Assembly: GCA_030141605.1 (NCBI GenBank)
Contig: JAQGDQ010002385.1
Span: forward strand, 124,001 to 188,000
Reading direction: 5' to 3'
DNA: 64,000 nt
From: Tubiluchus corallicola
Taxonomy: Eukaryota; Animalia; Priapulida
The translations under genes and the position numbers were made by a program. This document shows, piece by piece, positions 60,009-64,000 of this stretch; positions within the stretch are counted from its first letter, which is position 1, and every line of letters begins with the position of its first letter. The notes below the pieces were generated by a model. It ran no database searches, was not told the DNA's origin, and was given only the letters and a program-made list of their open reading frames with translations.

Positions 60009-61112
60009 ATGAAGAAACTTTTTATACTGCTTCTATTTTTACCAGGCTTTCTCTTTTGTGTTCCTTATTCTTTTGCAGACTCAATAAACTGGTCTCTTCA
60101 AGGAAAAACAAAGGCGACTAAAACTGCTATAGGATATGAGCCCGTCTATATGGCACAAAATAATGCCCAGTATGGAACGCATGTTGTTCAGAAAGGAGAG
60201 AATTTATACCGAATCAGTTTACGGTATAATGTCACGATGAAATCTCTCAAAGAGATTAATAACTTGAAAGATGAAGACGCTATTCATGTAGGGCAGAAAA
60301 TAAAATATCCTTATGGTTCAGGAATGAAGGCAAGTTCTACATCCTCTATTTCATCTGCTCGCGCAGCGACCTCAACACCTTCTGTTTCTACGCCGAAAGT
60401 AGCGGAGGCAAGTAAAACCACTCGAACTACAAGCTCAGAATTCTCTTATACTGACAGCTATACAGCTTACTTGAATCAGAGAAGAGCTAACGAGATGGCC
60501 TCAAGAAATCAGAAACCTGATTCAATGTCTAAGCTACAACAAACACAGCAGCAGGCTGTTGCGTCAAGGCAGACTGTTACACCAAGAAGACAAGAGAGTG
60601 CAAGACCCCCTCAGACCGCATCAACAAGCCAAATTGCACCGGAAAGCAAAAAAGAAAGCTTACCAACAAGTAAAGCTGCATCAGGAAGCAAAGAGAGCTT
60701 GCCAGGAAGCAAAGAAGCCATGCCAACAAGTAAAGCTATATCAGGAAGCAAAGAGAGCTTGCCAGGAAGCAAAGCCATGCCAACAAGTAAAGATAAACAG
60801 TCAGAGAATCTTGGCACCTCTTCATCATCTACGACTACAGCAATGAAGCAGCCACCGAAATATCTCCCTACATGGAAATTATCAAAAGGCTCCTCCCTTA
60901 AAAAGGTTATAGAATCTTGGTCAGAGCAAGTAGGTTGGACCGTTATGTGGTACGTAGACCATGACTACCCTATTGTCGCTGATGCACAATACCGAGGAGA
61001 GTTCGTAGACGTTATGGAAGCATTGACTAATGATCTTACATTTGCAGGAACCCCATTAGCTGTCCGTCTTTACTCAGGAAATAAAGTTGTACGTGTTACC
61101 AGTATTCGTTAA
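60009..61112 (+). CDS. Secreted LysM + low-complexity linker + TcpQ/PilL-C domain protein
   Basis: Signal peptide; LysM HVVQKGENLYRISLRY...NNL...IHVGQKI; C-terminal WKLSKGSSLKKVIESWSEQVGWTVMW...DYPI...YRGEF...NKVVRV. Confidence 0.8.
   Translation: MKKLFILLLFLPGFLFCVPYSFADSINWSLQGKTKATKTAIGYEPVYMAQNNAQYGTHVVQKGENLYRISLRYNVTMKSLKEINNLKDEDAIHVGQKIKYPYGSGMKASSTSSISSARAATSTPSVSTPKVAEASKTTRTTSSEFSYTDSYTAYLNQRRANEMASRNQKPDSMSKLQQTQQQAVASRQTVTPRRQESARPPQTASTSQIAPESKKESLPTSKAASGSKESLPGSKEAMPTSKAISGSKESLPGSKAMPTSKDKQSENLGTSSSSTTTAMKQPPKYLPTWKLSKGSSLKKVIESWSEQVGWTVMWYVDHDYPIVADAQYRGEFVDVMEALTNDLTFAGTPLAVRLYSGNKVVRVTSIR
60663..60793. repeat. About 60-bp tandem repeat (about 2.2 copies; PTSKA[A/I]SGSKESLPGSK(E)AM) in the LysM-TcpQ linker
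   Basis: CCAACAAGTAAAG recurs at 60663, 60723 and 60780. Confidence 0.9.
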
Positions 61113-61169
61113 CAGCTCCCTTTTAATAAAAGAATAGGTAACAATTCATAACAATTTATAGATAAGTGT

Positions 61170-62714
61170 GTGTATATTATGTATATAAATAAATTATTTA
61201 ATTGCTATAGTCGCGTCAGTCGTGCCGCAATTTCAGGTTTGATAGCTGGGGGATTACTCTTAAGCTTAACGGCATGTGAACAGCTCGAAACAGCTGAAAC
61301 CGTCGATGGGTACGTATCAAGATACGAAGATCAAAAAAGCACAGATCCCATCCAGTCAACTCAACAGCTAGAACGCTTTAAAGTTATGGAAGACAGCTGG
61401 TTTATTTCAAATACAGCTGTTCCTATTGATACCTCTTTCCCTGACGCTTTCTACAGACCTGTTGATGTGTTTTCATTAACACCGGCGACTCTCGCTGAAA
61501 TGATTGAGATTGTTTCCAGAATAACAGGGTTCAGCTGGGCAGCAAGTATCACCGCTCCAGGTGGAGAGGTTCCTGATTCAGCTTCTTCTTCAGATTATTT
61601 AGCGATAGACCCAACGACAGAAATCGAAGATGCTACCTCAGAGCTGGGACGCTTTCCCTATCGTTATAAAGGGGATGTCAAAGGATTCCTTGACTATATA
61701 GCTCTTACTTTTGATGTCAGCTATAAACTTCGTAACGGAATTTTGTTGATTGAAGCCTACCATGCGCATACTATTGAGATCCCTGGTATTCATGCCGAGC
61801 TTTCCGCAAGTGGCGCCGCTGGCGATTCATACGAATATTCCGGTTTTGAATTTATTATGGAAACTGTTGAAAGCCTCTTGGGGCCAGAAGGTGTGATTCA
61901 AGGAAATCCCGCCTTAGGGACAATTACTGTCTATGATAGACCTTCTGTTATTACTCGTATAGAGGATTTTGTGAGCAGACACGCCGAAAAATTAAAACGA
62001 CAGATCATTATGAATGTCACAATAATTCGCTATACAAGAAATAATGATGAGAACTACGGCCTAAGCTGGCAGGATGTCCTGCTTAGTAGTGGTGATAATA
62101 GCATCAACTTTAGCGGAGGCGCTACTGTCGCATCTACCGGATCAATACAAGCGAACGCTACATTTGGTAACTTTTCTGCAGAAAGTATTATTGGGCTCCT
62201 CTCAAGAAGAGGGGAAGCTATTATTGATAACAGTGTCCAGTTTGTCGCTCTTAATGGTGTACCCATTCCTGTCGATTTGACAACATCTCGTTCCTACATC
62301 TCAAAAACATCTGTCACAACAACAGATGGTGTTACTGAGAAAAGTGTCGATGTTGACTCTGTTACAACAGGTATGCAACTTGCCGTATGGCCTAAGCTAC
62401 AGTCCGATAACCGTATTGCCCTGTCAGTTTCCCTCTCTTTAGATGAATTGATTAGCCTAGAGGATTTTGATACAAGCAGTGGTGATAGTATTAAAGTTCC
62501 AGAAACAGCGCAAAGTGTTGTACGACAACATGCCATCTTAGACTCTGGCACAACATGGATACTTGGAGGATTTAAAACAAATGACTTCCAGTATAATAGA
62601 TCAAGCGTCGGAAATGTGCCGCATCATCTCCTTGGAGGCAGCACGACAAAATCAGAAAGTATAACAGAGTTACTTGTTGTTGTTACGCCAACTTTATTAA
62701 ATGATTTGAAATAA
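61170..62714 (+). CDS. Type IVb pilus-like lipoprotein secretin (PilN/BfpB/TcpC-like)
   Basis: Lipobox LTAC; YKGDVKGFLD; GTITVYDRP; YGLSW; LNGVPIP; SYI; SVTTGM; ILGGF; LVVVTP. Confidence 0.85.
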   Translation: MYIMYINKLFNCYSRVSRAAISGLIAGGLLLSLTACEQLETAETVDGYVSRYEDQKSTDPIQSTQQLERFKVMEDSWFISNTAVPIDTSFPDAFYRPVDVFSLTPATLAEMIEIVSRITGFSWAASITAPGGEVPDSASSSDYLAIDPTTEIEDATSELGRFPYRYKGDVKGFLDYIALTFDVSYKLRNGILLIEAYHAHTIEIPGIHAELSASGAAGDSYEYSGFEFIMETVESLLGPEGVIQGNPALGTITVYDRPSVITRIEDFVSRHAEKLKRQIIMNVTIIRYTRNNDENYGLSWQDVLLSSGDNSINFSGGATVASTGSIQANATFGNFSAESIIGLLSRRGEAIIDNSVQFVALNGVPIPVDLTTSRSYISKTSVTTTDGVTEKSVDVDSVTTGMQLAVWPKLQSDNRIALSVSLSLDELISLEDFDTSSGDSIKVPETAQSVVRQHAILDSGTTWILGGFKTNDFQYNRSSVGNVPHHLLGGSTTKSESITELLVVVTPTLLNDLK

Positions 62715-62781
62715 CTATCTTTAACCCATGACTCAAAAACGATTAGTATAGATATGTGCTAAACGGTAAGTAGAGGAAAAT

Positions 62782-63360
62782 ATGAAGCTTTTTGAAGTCG
62801 CAGCTGATAAACATAAATGGTTAATCGGATTCAAATGGATGCTGACATTCAGTAATAGCGATACTCATATACGCATGTTATCAGAGCAGTATAAAGGAGA
62901 GATTGCTTTCAGTATGCCATCGGTCTCTAACCCTATACAGGACGAAAAGCAAAAAATGTATTTGGTCGCTTTAGGAATAGGGAGTAAAAAAATGCTTTCT
63001 ATTCCTCCTCTAACCCCTGCATTGGCGCTTCGCTATAACGATCGGACAGCTGTATTCCTTTATACAGATGAAGACTCAGAGGTTTCTTATGTTTCCGCCG
63101 CGATCAATGGAGACCCTGTTCCTAACGGTGAAATGGTTCTGGAAACAAAAACAGCTCAGAAACATGCGGGGCAACTCGCTGCTTCCTTACAATGCGATGT
63201 TATCCATTTAACACAAGAGGATCTTACCGAGTTGGTGCCTAATAAAGATATTGCCATAAGAACAGAAACAATGTCATGGAAATTTATTATTTTATTTTCC
63301 TTTTCAATATTACTGTTCCTTGTTATTTTGTTTGCAACGCTTATTTCCTTATTTTTATAG
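62782..63360 (+). CDS. PilO-like accessory protein, N-terminal half
   Basis: WLIGFKW, AINGDPVPNGE and a C-terminal TM; position directly after the secretin. Confidence 0.55.
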   Translation: MKLFEVAADKHKWLIGFKWMLTFSNSDTHIRMLSEQYKGEIAFSMPSVSNPIQDEKQKMYLVALGIGSKKMLSIPPLTPALALRYNDRTAVFLYTDEDSEVSYVSAAINGDPVPNGEMVLETKTAQKHAGQLAASLQCDVIHLTQEDLTELVPNKDIAIRTETMSWKFIILFSFSILLFLVILFATLISLFL

Positions 63361-63394
63361 CTTATTACTGAAACCAAATTAATAGAGAGAAACC

Positions 63395-64000
63395 GTGAAT
63401 AAGAAAAAGATAATATTGTTTTTTGTTTCCATCTTCTTCCTTGTATTTTTATTCGGAGGCTCTTATTTTATATGGACTGCTCTGGTGCAGCCAGATGCCG
63501 TGCCTTCGTCAAAAAAACCTGTTGATTTTGAAACTAAACTACAAACAGCATCATTAGGGTTTATAGACATAATATCCAGACAAACAAAAGGATATAAACC
63601 TTTATTTTACCATTGGCTTTTAATAGAAAAAATTGCCAGGCTTCCAAAAGAAGCAGGGCACTGGAACATGGAATCTGTAGAATGTTCTGTTAATATATGC
63701 ACCTTAAAATGGACTAATAAAGGAATTGCTATACCGAAAGTACTGGAAGACGCCTTTACAGAACATGGATACCAGAGTCTCATAAAAAACTTAGAGTTTA
63801 ACCGTCAAGGTACAGAATCGACCTTACCAAACTTCCGAATTGATACAGATGACAATCCGATTGTCAGTTACAAAATATTTCAATCTCCATCCAGTAGCTC
63901 TTTTCAGGAGAGGTTGAGAGTAACAGAAACGGAAACACAAATACGACAGAGTAATCGAAGTAATGAGCTCATTGTAATCTCTAATATCCGAGATACAATT
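63395..64000 (+). CDS. PilO-like C-terminal half (partial; open to the window end)
   Basis: Not in the ORF track. GTG start, N-terminal TM and LPKEAGHWNMESVECSVNICTLKW; 202 codons without a stop. Confidence 0.6.
   Translation, partial: MNKKKIILFFVSIFFLVFLFGGSYFIWTALVQPDAVPSSKKPVDFETKLQTASLGFIDIISRQTKGYKPLFYHWLLIEKIARLPKEAGHWNMESVECSVNICTLKWTNKGIAIPKVLEDAFTEHGYQSLIKNLEFNRQGTESTLPNFRIDTDDNPIVSYKIFQSPSSSSFQERLRVTETETQIRQSNRSNELIVISNIRDTI

Noticed and set aside
60559-60846. 95-aa alternate-frame ORF in the LysM-TcpQ gene
   Set aside because: It is a by-product of the stop-free linker repeat.

Overview
Chromosomal window from a fairly AT-rich alphaproteobacterium (gene content and order look Rhodospirillales-like; this is an inference). 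Most of it is housekeeping: uvrD (partial), usp, glgB-glgX, dnaB-alr-mlaEF, a Lon-like protease, thrS-infC (AUA start), lsrB/vtlR-trxB-ahpC, mnmA, rquA-ubiX-ygfZ, infA-maf-xseA, valS-tolC-pcm-tRNA-Cys, rarD-rsmB-htpX, a 10-gene Mrp Na+/H+ antiporter operon, rmuC, MFS-lysA, and ftsEX-DUF218-TSUP. The window ends in a compositionally distinct type IVb pilus-like operon. Items not explained by the ORF track: (1) popZ is missing from its conserved tolC-valS slot, while the ZitP-like zinc-ribbon/DUF3426 protein is expanded to 1010 aa with a 60-bp tandem repeat and an acidic disordered region; (2) a candidate Na+ riboswitch (DUF1646-like) between a clean promoter and the mrp operon; (3) a four-hairpin anti-Shine-Dalgarno sRNA downstream of lsrB/vtlR; (4) two tandem paralogous ~86-aa orphan proteins with ssrA-tag-like tails and a conserved upstream element; (5) a LysM-TcpQ fusion, a lipoprotein secretin and a split PilO; (6) an unlisted 42-aa lipoprotein. 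Family assignments come from motif recognition by eye; no database searches were run.
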